64,000 nucleotides of DNA from Candidatus Cryptobacteroides sp. (GTDB lineage: Bacteria; Bacteroidota; Bacteroidia; Bacteroidales; UBA932). The translations under genes were made by a program, and so were the position numbers. Under the pieces are notes generated by a model. The model was not told the origin of the DNA. It worked only from the letters and a program-made list of their open reading frames with translations, and ran no database searches. Below are positions 10,907 through 20,855 of the stretch, in pieces. Each line of letters opens with the position of its first letter. Within the stretch, counting starts at the first letter, position 1. The stretch is taken from assembly GCA_029257745.1 (NCBI GenBank), contig JARIAS010000075.1:4165-68164 (forward strand), read 5' to 3'.

Positions 10907-13393
10907 CTAGTAATTATTATTTATCTGAATTATATCTACATTTTCCTCCCTACTTCTGTCACCGATTAACCATTTAGAGAACCAATCAGCCATTTTCCAG
11001 AAGAAATATTCATCCATATAGCCAAAACTATGTCTTTGCCCTGGCAAAACACATAACTCAAATCTCTTATTAGCCCTAATCAAAGCATTTACCAGTCTTA
11101 TAGTATTAGCAGGGTTTACATTATTATCAATATCACCTGTAACCAACAATAAATGTCCTTTAAGATTATATGCTAATTCTTGGTTATTAGCAACCTGAAA
11201 ATAAAATGTAGTATCACCTTGCATTACATCTTCTTTTACCCCATGATGCTGTTCACCCCACCAACGATTATAAATTGAATTATCATGATTACCTGCTGCT
11301 GAAACTGCTGCCTTAAAAAAGTCTGAATAATATAGAGTGGCAGCAGTAGACATAAAGCCACCACCAGAATGCCCATGAATACCTACCTTATTGATATTAA
11401 TAAACTTATGTTTATCAGCTAATTGCTGTATTGCATACTTTTGATCAGCAAGACCATAGTCCCTAAGATTACCATAGCCATAATTATGATACCATTTTGA
11501 ACGATTAGGATGTCCTCCCCTATTTCCAACTGTAACGACAATGAAACCTAGCTGAGCTAACCTATCTGTCCTTAACATATTAGAAGACCAAGAAATATTT
11601 ACCGCCTCTACCTGTGGTCCAGGATAGACATAATCTATTATAGGATAAACCTTTGTTGAATCAAAATCATATGGTTTATACATTACTCCATATAGGTCTG
11701 TAATTCCATCATCTGCTTTAACCTTAAACCTCTCTGGAAATTTATATCCCATTGCAAAAAGTCTGGATAGGTCAGCCTTCTCTAAATGCAAGATTGGCTT
11801 ATTTGATTTTGACGAAGTGCTATATAAAGCTACCTGTGGTGTAGTATCTACCCTAGAATAATTTGCAACAAAATATTTTGCATCATCACTAATATAAGCA
11901 GATACATTCATATCATCTATGTCCAATTGTTTAATATCACCACCTTTTAAAGATACCCTATAAGTATGGATTTGATAAGGATTTTCATTAGGATTAACTC
12001 CACAAGCAGAAAAAACAACATATCCATCTGCTTCATTTACACCCAAAATCTTATCCACATGATAAGAGCCCTCTGTCAGATTACGTATAAGGCTTCCATC
12101 TGAATTATACAAATATAAATTTGCCCAACCATTTCTTTCTGACCATTGTATAAACTTCTTGCCACCATCTATCAATTTAATAGGTCTAGACTCTACATAT
12201 GTGTTCAACTTCTCTGTTACAATAGTTTTTAAGGTATCATTCTTAATATCCACATAACATAGATCGTAATTCTTCATATTACGACTTTGACGATTTATAT
12301 AGAAACCCTCATTAGTACCCTTCCACTTCTTAGCATTATACTTACTATATGAGTCTTTGACACTTACAGAATTTACTTCAAATGAAAGGCCCTGATCTTT
12401 ATATTTAAAAGTATTTATATACTTAAAATTCTTATCCTTAAGATTGTATAAGAAAAGATGTCCAGTAGGCGAATCCTCACCTGGCATCATATATTTATAT
12501 GTTTCCAGACTAGGTCTTGGATTTGATAAAGAATTTATTACCCATAGCTCCTTAACTTTAGTCATATCCCATCTAATAGTAGCAAAATACTTAGAATCAG
12601 GAGACCAAACAAGGTTTTCCACATAGTCTCTTGCAGTTGTATCTTGTTGATCATTACCCATATAATTATCATAGCCCCAACTAAAGTCACGAGTACCATC
12701 ATTAGTTAATTTCTGTTCTACGATAGTTGTATCTTTGGGATCTAATACCATCTTTCTCATAGATGAAGAATCCATCATATAAAGATTGGCATTTTTCACA
12801 TATACTCCATAAGATCCGTCAGGTGCAATATTTACATAAGAAGGATATAAGGCTTTCTTATCTTGTTCTTCCTTAGTAATATCTTTTAACTCCTTTGTTT
12901 CGATGTTATAACTAAAATAGAATTTTTGCTTTTCATTCCTATTATTATGTCTAGGCTTAGCACTTTTAGATGTATCTACTGGGAACTGTCTATTTTGAGA
13001 ACTTTGAATGTAGAATATAAAATATTTATCATCCTTAAGTTTTAATCCTCTTATTGGAAGATGCTGTGCATCAAATGGATCTTTTACAATTTCTGTAATT
13101 TCCCTTGCTAACTTTGGCATATCAAATAGCTCTTCCTTAGTAGCTTTTTTAGGATCTACAATGTAGAATTTTGTACCACTCATACTCTTCCAAGCATACC
13201 AAAACTTGTCAGAATTTTTAAACCAATGTGGCTGAACAGAAACTGACGATATAGAATTTGCTATATTTCTCTGCGTAAATCTGCCTGCCAAATTATAATT
13301 TGCTTTTTTTACCTGCCTTTCACTTGCTCCATCTTGTGCAGTAAGTGAAAAAGATATAAGCAATGTAATTACACCTAATAGTAGCTTTTGCAT
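10907..13393 (-). CDS. S9-family serine peptidase (DPP-IV-like beta-propeller plus alpha/beta hydrolase), secreted
   Basis: Signal peptide MQKLLLGVITLLISFSLTAQ, a WSPDSKYFA propeller-type motif, and the nucleophile elbow GIHGHSGGGF near the C-terminus. Confidence 0.8.
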   Translation of the reverse strand: MQKLLLGVITLLISFSLTAQDGASERQVKKANYNLAGRFTQRNIANSISSVSVQPHWFKNSDKFWYAWKSMSGTKFYIVDPKKATKEELFDMPKLAREITEIVKDPFDAQHLPIRGLKLKDDKYFIFYIQSSQNRQFPVDTSKSAKPRHNNRNEKQKFYFSYNIETKELKDITKEEQDKKALYPSYVNIAPDGSYGVYVKNANLYMMDSSSMRKMVLDPKDTTIVEQKLTNDGTRDFSWGYDNYMGNDQQDTTARDYVENLVWSPDSKYFATIRWDMTKVKELWVINSLSNPRPSLETYKYMMPGEDSPTGHLFLYNLKDKNFKYINTFKYKDQGLSFEVNSVSVKDSYSKYNAKKWKGTNEGFYINRQSRNMKNYDLCYVDIKNDTLKTIVTEKLNTYVESRPIKLIDGGKKFIQWSERNGWANLYLYNSDGSLIRNLTEGSYHVDKILGVNEADGYVVFSACGVNPNENPYQIHTYRVSLKGGDIKQLDIDDMNVSAYISDDAKYFVANYSRVDTTPQVALYSTSSKSNKPILHLEKADLSRLFAMGYKFPERFKVKADDGITDLYGVMYKPYDFDSTKVYPIIDYVYPGPQVEAVNISWSSNMLRTDRLAQLGFIVVTVGNRGGHPNRSKWYHNYGYGNLRDYGLADQKYAIQQLADKHKFININKVGIHGHSGGGFMSTAATLYYSDFFKAAVSAAGNHDNSIYNRWWGEQHHGVKEDVMQGDTTFYFQVANNQELAYNLKGHLLLVTGDIDNNVNPANTIRLVNALIRANKRFELCVLPGQRHSFGYMDEYFFWKMADWFSKWLIGDRSREENVDIIQINNNY

Positions 13394-13408
13394 CTTATAT
13401 TATTATAT

Positions 13409-13825
13409 TTATTTGTTATTATCTAATTGTATCTTATTTTGTTTAACTTTCAAAGGTATAAGTTTATTATCAGTTCCTCTCAACAAGATCTTACACTCCC
13501 TATCAGAGTCTGTATTATTTGCTTCCACACTCACTAATATTCTATGAACCAAATCTCCACTTCTTCTTTCAGGACTTACAACCCTTATCCAATCTGCACT
13601 TAACTGCAAATAGCCCTCATTAGTAGAACTTCTTGATGCGACTAATTTAGAATCTATTACAATAGTTTCCAGATAGAATCCATCTCCATATGACAATACC
13701 TCTTTTACCTCTGAAGACGAGGTAAAATCTAATGATTTAGTGCTAAGCTTTATTGTATCTGTTTTCTTACATGAAGATATAAGAACCATTAAACAGATTA
13801 TTAAAAGACTAAAATAATGTTTCAT
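13409..13825 (-). CDS. Small lipoprotein of unknown function (possibly a BACON-like Ig fold)
   Basis: Lipobox LMVLISSCKK. 138 aa. Tightly packed between folE and the S9 peptidase gene. Confidence 0.4.
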   Translation of the reverse strand: MKHYFSLLIICLMVLISSCKKTDTIKLSTKSLDFTSSSEVKEVLSYGDGFYLETIVIDSKLVASRSSTNEGYLQLSADWIRVVSPERRSGDLVHRILVSVEANNTDSDRECKILLRGTDNKLIPLKVKQNKIQLDNNK

Positions 13826-13830
13826 AATTA

Positions 13831-14445
13831 TTATAATTGTGATAAAAATTCTTCCCTCAATATTTTATTATATAAAAACTCCCCTGAATAGGAATAAGTT
13901 TTTGTCAAAGAGCTTGTCTTTTGTACCCCCCTTGCCTGCATACAGGTATGATGAGCTTCTATCATAACAGCTACGCCAACTGGCTCTAATGCCTCCTGCA
14001 AAGCATTACATATCTGCTCTGTAAGTCTTTCTTGCACTTGTAATCTTCTTGCAAAGCATTCTACGGCACGTGCCACCTTACTTAATCCTGTAATTTTCTT
14101 TCCTGGTATATACGCTACATGTGCTTTACCAAAAAAAGGCAACAAATGATGCTCACACATGGAATAAACATCTATATCCTTAACTAAAACCATACCAGAA
14201 TAGGCACACTCACCAGACAGAATAGAAGGAGTAATTGGATTTTTACGTGGTGAATCAAACAATGCTGATTTTAAGATAGTTACGGCATCTTCATCATAAC
14301 CTTTAGTCATAAAAGAAAGGGATTTAGCTACACGCATTGGCGTATTCTGTAAGGCCTCATCCTTAGTATCTAAGTTTAATAAATTCAGTACTTCCTTTAT
14401 ATGTCCTGCAATTTTTTCTAAATTCTTATCTCCTTGATTAGACAT
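13831..14445 (-). CDS. folE: GTP cyclohydrolase I
   Basis: [18 protein letters not shown] and [10 protein letters not shown] motifs. 204 aa. Confidence 0.93.
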   Translation of the reverse strand: MSNQGDKNLEKIAGHIKEVLNLLNLDTKDEALQNTPMRVAKSLSFMTKGYDEDAVTILKSALFDSPRKNPITPSILSGECAYSGMVLVKDIDVYSMCEHHLLPFFGKAHVAYIPGKKITGLSKVARAVECFARRLQVQERLTEQICNALQEALEPVGVAVMIEAHHTCMQARGVQKTSSLTKTYSYSGEFLYNKILREEFLSQL

Positions 14446-14574
14446 TATTTCTAATTTTATTATTTGACAAATTTAATCAAAAAAACACAGACTATTACAA
14501 TAATACTTAGATATTGAATAAGAGTATTAATATAAGTAAATTTCATCTTACAATATAGATTAAGTAAAAGGCAT

Positions 14575-14600
14575 AAAAAAGGCTGGAAATAATTCCAGCC
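14575..14600 (-). terminator. Rho-independent terminator of the ackA-pta operon
   Basis: ggctggaa-ataa-ttccagcc, preceded on the plus strand by A6, which is a T6 tail on the minus strand. Confidence 0.7.
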
Positions 14601-14623
14601 TTAACCATATGTTCAAAAAACAT

Positions 14624-15532
14624 TTATTTCACAAACATTACTGCCTCAGCAATAGAGTTCAACTTTGTATCTACGCTATCAGCTCTACTTGCTAGAACAC
14701 AAGGGACTTTAGTACCTACTAACATTCCTGCCTGTCTTACTCCAGTAGCAAGTTTTGAATTAGTTTTCCAAAAGACATTAGCAGACTCAATATTAGGGAA
14801 GACCAAACAATCTGCATCACCTGCAACAGGACTTTCTAACTTTTTAATCTCAACAGACTCTTTATCTATTGCCACATCCAATGCTAAAGGTCCATCTCCT
14901 ATACATGATTTAATCTGTCCTCTATCACACATTTTTGCAAGTATAGATGCCTCTAAACAATTTGGCATTGAAGCAAGCACCTGCTCAGAAGCTGTAATAA
15001 AGGCTACCTTTGGCTTAGCAATACCGAATGAGTGAGCGACATTTACAACATAATTAGATATAGCCACCTTTTGCTTTAAATCAGGTTGTGGTATTACTGC
15101 CATATCTGTTAAGAAAATCAACTTATGATAATTTGGATTTTCTATAATACCAACGTGACTTAATAGAGTCTTAGGAGGCAACAAACCAGTTTCTTTATGT
15201 AAAATTGCTCTTAAAAACTTATCAGTCGAGCATAGTCCCTTCATAAGAACATCTCCCTGCCCCTCTCTAATCATTTGAACAGAAAGGCTTATTGCTTTCA
15301 ATTCTACTGGCTCATTGACTACGGTAAACTTAGAAACATCAACTGATAATTTCTGGCATTCTGCCTTAATCATCTCTGCATCACCCACTAGCGAAACCTC
15401 AACAAAGCCAAGATCTACTGCCTTAGAAGCAGCTTCTATTGTATGTTCATCTACTCCCCAAGCTACTACCATTCTTTTGCGAATGCCCTTGGATTTCAAT
15501 TCATCAAAAACATCTGAAAATTTTGTTATCAT
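14624..15532 (-). CDS. Phosphate acetyl/butyryl-transferase (short Pta/Ptb family)
   Basis: 302 aa. Pta/Ptb-like features: GDVLMKG, DGPLALDVA, VAGDADCLVFPNIESANV. Lies 12 nt downstream of ackA. Confidence 0.8.
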   Translation of the reverse strand: MITKFSDVFDELKSKGIRKRMVVAWGVDEHTIEAASKAVDLGFVEVSLVGDAEMIKAECQKLSVDVSKFTVVNEPVELKAISLSVQMIREGQGDVLMKGLCSTDKFLRAILHKETGLLPPKTLLSHVGIIENPNYHKLIFLTDMAVIPQPDLKQKVAISNYVVNVAHSFGIAKPKVAFITASEQVLASMPNCLEASILAKMCDRGQIKSCIGDGPLALDVAIDKESVEIKKLESPVAGDADCLVFPNIESANVFWKTNSKLATGVRQAGMLVGTKVPCVLASRADSVDTKLNSIAEAVMFVK

Positions 15533-15544
15533 AATATCCTATTA

Positions 15545-16759
15545 TTAGTCCTTATTCTTATCCACTAATTTCATTGTATCTCTTGCTATCACTAACTCTT
15601 CATCAGTAGTTGTAAGGGTAGCAAAAACTTTTGACTTAGGAGTAGATATAATAGCATCCTCTCCCCAAGCTGTATTTGCCTCATAATCAAAGTCTAAGCC
15701 TAAATATTGTAGATTTTCACAGACTCTACGACGTAAACGACTACTATGCTCTCCTATACCACCAGTAAAGACAATTAGATCTACACCATTCATAACGGCT
15801 ACATATTGACCTATATTTTTAATAAGATCAAAGCTCAATTTCTTCAAGACTAATTTAGCTCTCTTATCTCCTGCATTAGCTAATTCGTCCATATCTCTTG
15901 CATCAGAACTTTGCCCCGACAGCCCTAAGAATCCACTTTTCTTATTTAAGACATCTAAGATTTCATCAGGACTAAGATTTTCTTTCTTCATGATATAAGG
16001 TACAATACTAGCATCTATATTACCACATCTTGTACCCATCAACATGCCTTCAAGAGGAGTAAAGCCCATGGAAGTATCAACAACAACTCCATTAACGATA
16101 GCTGTAACAGAGCTTCCATTACCAATATGACAAGTAATTATCTTAGAATGATTTACATCTATACCTACCTGTTTTGCAGCCTTATCTGCTACAAATTTAT
16201 GACTTGTTCCATGGAAGCCATAGCGACGTATGCCATATTTTTCATAATACTCATAAGGCAGACCATATATATAAGCATATGATGGCATTGTCTGATGGAA
16301 GGCTGTATCAAATACAGTAACCTGAGGAACCTTTGGTAAGGCATGAGAGACTGCCTCTATACCAAGTAAATTTGCAGGATTGTGTAAAGGTGCAAAATCA
16401 TTACATTTTTCAATCTTCTTCACAACATCATCACTTACCAACGCACTATCAGAAAAGTACTCACCGCCATGAACTACCCTATGTCCTACCGCATCAATAT
16501 CCTCCAAAGACTTAAGCACTCCATGCTCTGCATCAGTGAGGGCATCTATGACCAATTTAATAGCAATCTTATGATCAGCAATTTCCAAATCTCTCACAAA
16601 TTTTTCCTTATTACTAGGACTGTGAGTTAGACGTCCCATATCCAAGCCTATTTTCTCAGCAATACCCTTTGCTAATACTTTATAGTGCTCTTCGTTCTCC
16701 ATATCTAAAAGCTTATACTTTATAGAAGAACTTCCACAATTTATAACAAGTATTATCAT
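15545..16759 (-). CDS. ackA: Acetate kinase
   Basis: ILVINCGSSSIKYKL, HRVVHGG, GFHGTSH, TGGIGEHS. 404 aa. Confidence 0.92.
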   Translation of the reverse strand: MIILVINCGSSSIKYKLLDMENEEHYKVLAKGIAEKIGLDMGRLTHSPSNKEKFVRDLEIADHKIAIKLVIDALTDAEHGVLKSLEDIDAVGHRVVHGGEYFSDSALVSDDVVKKIEKCNDFAPLHNPANLLGIEAVSHALPKVPQVTVFDTAFHQTMPSYAYIYGLPYEYYEKYGIRRYGFHGTSHKFVADKAAKQVGIDVNHSKIITCHIGNGSSVTAIVNGVVVDTSMGFTPLEGMLMGTRCGNIDASIVPYIMKKENLSPDEILDVLNKKSGFLGLSGQSSDARDMDELANAGDKRAKLVLKKLSFDLIKNIGQYVAVMNGVDLIVFTGGIGEHSSRLRRRVCENLQYLGLDFDYEANTAWGEDAIISTPKSKVFATLTTTDEELVIARDTMKLVDKNKD

Positions 16760-16836
16760 ATTGAAATAATTTATACCAAATTTTATTTTTTGCTTGACAA
16801 ATATAAAAAATATTCACTACTTTAGCAATATAAAAT

Positions 16837-17910
16837 ATGAAAGAGGGGAAAGTAATAGTGGGGCTATCAACTGCATTCTTAGCAGGCATTCTGACAGGAA
16901 ATTTTTTCGGGTCTAGCTACACTTATGAAGAATATCTATGTTGCTCATTAATATTTAGCACAAGCATTTACCTTTATTGTACTCTTAAATTTACTTCAAG
17001 AAAATATTTATTCATATATATTCTATTCTTTATTCTAGGCATTCAACATATAAGCATAGTAAAATACTTAAAGCTATCTATACCGATTTACAAGCCCAGC
17101 TTTTATAATATTCACTTATTTCTGATACAAAAAATAGAAGATATAGGCTTTAGTTCCGACTCTTTTACAAACATTGTCAAAGCTCTTATATTAGGAGATA
17201 AAACAGACTTGGATACACATCTTATACAGCAATTTAGAGAAAGTGGACTTGCTCATATTTTAGCCCTGTCGGGCCTACATTTAGGTATACTCTATTATAT
17301 TATCAAGCAAATTATAACTTTATTCAATAGTATAATAAAAGTAAAAATACTACGTTCCTGTATAGCAATAGCAACATGTGCATTCTATTTAAGTATTTGC
17401 TATCCTTCCAGCTCCCTAAGCAGAGCATTTATATTTATTTGCATATACGAGCTATCAAAATGTTTAGAGAGAAAAATCAGTTTGGAAAATATATTATTCT
17501 CAAGTCTATTTATACAATGTCTATTATTCCCACTAGATATTTTTTCAATCTCATTTCAACTATCCTATGTAGCAATCCTAGGCATATGCTACATCTATCC
17601 GTTTTTAAGTTCTATCTTTTCTAGTAAAGATAATTATATCTTTAAACTTATATGGGACTTAAGTGCATTAAGTATAAGTTGCCAAATAAGCAGCACAGCA
17701 ATCAGCTATTACTATTTCAGACAATTCCCCAAATATTTTATTATAAGTAATTTATTATGTGGAACTATTTCTTCCATAATAATAGCATTAGCATTTATCC
17801 TTTTATGCCTAAGCTGCCTATCTATAAAAATCCCTCTTCTAGTAAGTATAGAAGAAGGACTTATCAATTATCTTATTTGGTGTATATCAAATATCTCCAC
17901 CTTAAACTAA
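16837..17910 (+). CDS. ComEC/Rec2-family membrane protein, channel core only
   Basis: Polytopic membrane protein with the ComEC signature GLAHILALSGLHLGILY. At only 357 aa there is no room for the OB-fold N-terminus or the metallo-beta-lactamase C-terminus. Confidence 0.65.
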   Translation: MKEGKVIVGLSTAFLAGILTGNFFGSSYTYEEYLCCSLIFSTSIYLYCTLKFTSRKYLFIYILFFILGIQHISIVKYLKLSIPIYKPSFYNIHLFLIQKIEDIGFSSDSFTNIVKALILGDKTDLDTHLIQQFRESGLAHILALSGLHLGILYYIIKQIITLFNSIIKVKILRSCIAIATCAFYLSICYPSSSLSRAFIFICIYELSKCLERKISLENILFSSLFIQCLLFPLDIFSISFQLSYVAILGICYIYPFLSSIFSSKDNYIFKLIWDLSALSISCQISSTAISYYYFRQFPKYFIISNLLCGTISSIIIALAFILLCLSCLSIKIPLLVSIEEGLINYLIWCISNISTLN

Positions 17911-17935
17911 TAGTTGCTAAACATTAAACTTAGCC

Positions 17936-18946
17936 CTATTCATCATCTATATCTTTCACACAACGCACTGAAGCATAAAATAAATTTTTATCTGCCTCAA
18001 AAGTCAATAAATTAGGATTTTTAGTATATATATACCTAGCTACTGCCCTACCTTCATCTACTTCGTCTGCTGTCCAGTAAACAGAATACTGCCATATATC
18101 ACTATATCTCAAACCCCCACCCTCTTCAATTTTTGTAATATAGCCAGTAGGTATTGCATAGAAGCTAGAAGCATTTGTTATTTTCACTTTAGGCCAGAAC
18201 TCCCACATTCTTGCCTCATTTAATTGAGCATTTACCATCATTGAGCCAGATATTTGAGACTTATCCACTATGCTATTCACTAGATCATCCCAATCTTCTT
18301 TCGTTGGCAACCTCCATGACTGAGGACTAATATCCTTAGCCTCTTCCCATGAATAATAACGTCCATATATTGGGTCCATTACAGGAGATTTTCTATAAGA
18401 AATACCCTTTGCACCATAAGATAGATTATCTATCATCCAATATCTGTTACCAATCTTAGTATAATGATATTCTCTAGAATCCCTTGAATCAATAAATGTC
18501 TTTATATTCTCACCTAGTACTCCTCTATCCAAACTTGTGTTAGGATCTAATACAACAAGTTCCTTAGTCTTTGTTTCTGCGTAAAAGCCCTTTGCTGTAA
18601 CCTGGCAGCTTACTGACAAAACACCTTTTATATTTGGAACAGTGAATGTTATAAGTCCCGTTTTACTTGGGGCATCATCTTCAGTTCTAACTGTATGAAA
18701 ATCTTTATGTACATTTGCAACTCTCCATGCTACGTCAAAGCCCTTCTTATCTGCACGGCTTATACCTTTTGGTGTCAATGTAATTTCATCGCCTACTTTT
18801 ACAAAAATAGGTAATTCAAAATCTAAAGCTCCTATAAAAGAATTTAAACGTATTGCATCATAATTTTCTTTATCTTTCTTACAAGACAACAAACATAAAG
18901 TAAATAAGAATGTACAAAATATTATCTTTCTAATATTCATAATCAA
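17936..18946 (-). CDS. Lipoprotein with a C-terminal FISUMP domain (Fibrobacter succinogenes major paralogous domain)
   Basis: Lipobox CLLSCKKD. DSRDSREYHYTKIGNRYWMIDNL, YYSWEEA, WRLPTKEDWDDL, YWTA, VRCVKD. Confidence 0.7.
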   Translation of the reverse strand: MIMNIRKIIFCTFLFTLCLLSCKKDKENYDAIRLNSFIGALDFELPIFVKVGDEITLTPKGISRADKKGFDVAWRVANVHKDFHTVRTEDDAPSKTGLITFTVPNIKGVLSVSCQVTAKGFYAETKTKELVVLDPNTSLDRGVLGENIKTFIDSRDSREYHYTKIGNRYWMIDNLSYGAKGISYRKSPVMDPIYGRYYSWEEAKDISPQSWRLPTKEDWDDLVNSIVDKSQISGSMMVNAQLNEARMWEFWPKVKITNASSFYAIPTGYITKIEEGGGLRYSDIWQYSVYWTADEVDEGRAVARYIYTKNPNLLTFEADKNLFYASVRCVKDIDDE

Positions 18947-18995
18947 TAATTTTCAAATAACATACAAATATGATTATTTTATATTTAAAATCCTC

Positions 18996-19003
18996 TATAT
19001 TTG
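18996..19003 (+). promoter_or_regulatory. -7 motif TAnnTTTG upstream of apbE
   Basis: TATATTTG, 19 nt before the ATG at 19023. Confidence 0.5.
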
Positions 19004-19022
19004 CACAAATACTTATATCCAA

Positions 19023-20084
19023 ATGAGAAGAATTGCATTATTTTCCATATTCCTATTATTATTTTTCTCTTCTTGTACTCATAAATCAGAATACATTATG
19101 ATAAGTGGATACACGCAAGGGGGAATTTTTTCTGTAAAATTAAATCTCTATAAGGCAGATGGTCATAAAATAAATAAAAGCACTTTTCAATTAAAAAAAG
19201 ATATTGACTCCATTTTAAGCCTAATAGACACTAGCCTATCTACTTATAATCCTAATTCTATGATCAGTCGCTTTAATAGAGGTGAGAATATAGTACCAAA
19301 TAGATTGTTTATAGATATTTACAAAATATCCTACGATTATTGGAAAGAAAGCAAAGGAGCCTTAGATGTAGCATCTGGTCCAATATACAATATCTGGGGT
19401 TTTGGACATAAGAAAGGGAAACTACCTCAAGAATCAGAGATACAACACTTACTACAAAATTATGGCATGCAATACCTAAAAGATGAAATTACTTGTGATG
19501 CAAATGCTTTATTTAATGGTAAAGATTTATTAAAAAACAGCAAAGACTCTCTCCCTGAACTTAACTATAATGCTATTGCACAGGGATATAGCAGCGATAT
19601 GATTGCTAACTACCTTTATTCCTTAGGCGTAAAAGACATGTTAGTAGATATTGGGGAAAGCTATTGTGCAGGACTCAATCCTAATGGTAAGCCATGGGCT
19701 ATTGGAATAGATAGTCCCATAGATGGAAACAATAATCCTGGTGCAGATATAAAGGCTATATGGCATTCGGAGGGAAAAAGTTGTGGCATAGTAACATCAG
19801 GTAATTATAGAAAATACTATATCTTCAATGGAGTAAAATATGCACACACCATAGATCCTAGAACTGGCTATCCAGTACAACACAATCTACTAAGTGCGAC
19901 CATTGTTGCCCCAAGTGCATGTGCAGCAGATGCCTATGCAACGTATTGCATGGTGATTGGACTAGAAGAATCCATCAAATTTATAAATAGCAAAAAAGAA
20001 CTTGAAGCATATTTAATCTATAAAGATATAGATGGTAATATGAAAAGTTGGAAATCTGAAGGCTTTACTAGCTCACAAGAATAA
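19023..20084 (+). CDS. apbE: FAD:protein FMN transferase (ApbE family lipoprotein)
   Basis: Lipobox FFSSCTH. ApbE-like YNAIAQGYSSD, VTSGNYRKY, HTIDPRTGYP, ADAYAT. Confidence 0.85.
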   Translation: MRRIALFSIFLLLFFSSCTHKSEYIMISGYTQGGIFSVKLNLYKADGHKINKSTFQLKKDIDSILSLIDTSLSTYNPNSMISRFNRGENIVPNRLFIDIYKISYDYWKESKGALDVASGPIYNIWGFGHKKGKLPQESEIQHLLQNYGMQYLKDEITCDANALFNGKDLLKNSKDSLPELNYNAIAQGYSSDMIANYLYSLGVKDMLVDIGESYCAGLNPNGKPWAIGIDSPIDGNNNPGADIKAIWHSEGKSCGIVTSGNYRKYYIFNGVKYAHTIDPRTGYPVQHNLLSATIVAPSACAADAYATYCMVIGLEESIKFINSKKELEAYLIYKDIDGNMKSWKSEGFTSSQE

Positions 20085-20212
20085 TACTGATATACCAAAT
20101 AATTGCTCTATCTACTAAAATCATAGCAAAGCAAATAAATTCACAAGATACAAGAACAGTGAAGTTCTATAAAGTACATGTTTAGACAAGTAGTATCCAA
20201 GCTGAATAAGCT

Positions 20213-20842
20213 TTATAACTGATCAGTCATACCTCTTAAATCATTAATCTGCCAAGTAGCTTTATCAGAAGCAGTTGCAGGCTTCCATATAAAAAGTTCT
20301 GCTTGTTGATATTGCAAATAGCTTAGTTTACTAACTTGTATTGACATAAGCAAAGCATCACGAGAAACTGCCTCTATAAAGATTAACTTATCCTTATCAA
20401 AGATAAATTTTATAGTCTTAAAAAATGTCTTCACATCTTTAGATTCTAAAATATGAGAGATTTTAGTACCTTGCTTCTCAGATATATAGCTATACGACTT
20501 ATCCAGATTATTAAAACTGATATTTTGATATTCCTTATCAAGAATAGTAAGCTCTTTTGCTATATTGTCAGCAATGTATAAGTCCTTTTGGGAAACATAC
20601 AAAGACATCTTCTCACTAGTAATCTTTAGCAAACTATCTTGTAATAGCATTGTGGCGTTATCAAAATTCATAGTGCTCTCATCAGCAAAATCTAACTTGA
20701 TATTACATTCTATGGATACACTCTTTGTAGATATTGCTGTAATTAATCTCGTATAAGCATCATCTGCATATAATTTTACAGATGATATGATAAACACAAT
20801 TACTAATACTAGATAATTATTACATTTAAGCATATTGTTCAT
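20213..20842 (-). CDS. LolA-like periplasmic lipoprotein-carrier family protein
   Basis: Signal peptide; about 200 aa. Lies directly downstream of ftsK, the usual Bacteroidota ftsK-lolA arrangement. No strong motif, so the call is positional and by size. Confidence 0.45.
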   Translation of the reverse strand: MNNMLKCNNYLVLVIVFIISSVKLYADDAYTRLITAISTKSVSIECNIKLDFADESTMNFDNATMLLQDSLLKITSEKMSLYVSQKDLYIADNIAKELTILDKEYQNISFNNLDKSYSYISEKQGTKISHILESKDVKTFFKTIKFIFDKDKLIFIEAVSRDALLMSIQVSKLSYLQYQQAELFIWKPATASDKATWQINDLRGMTDQL

Positions 20843-20855
20843 AAATACTATTATA

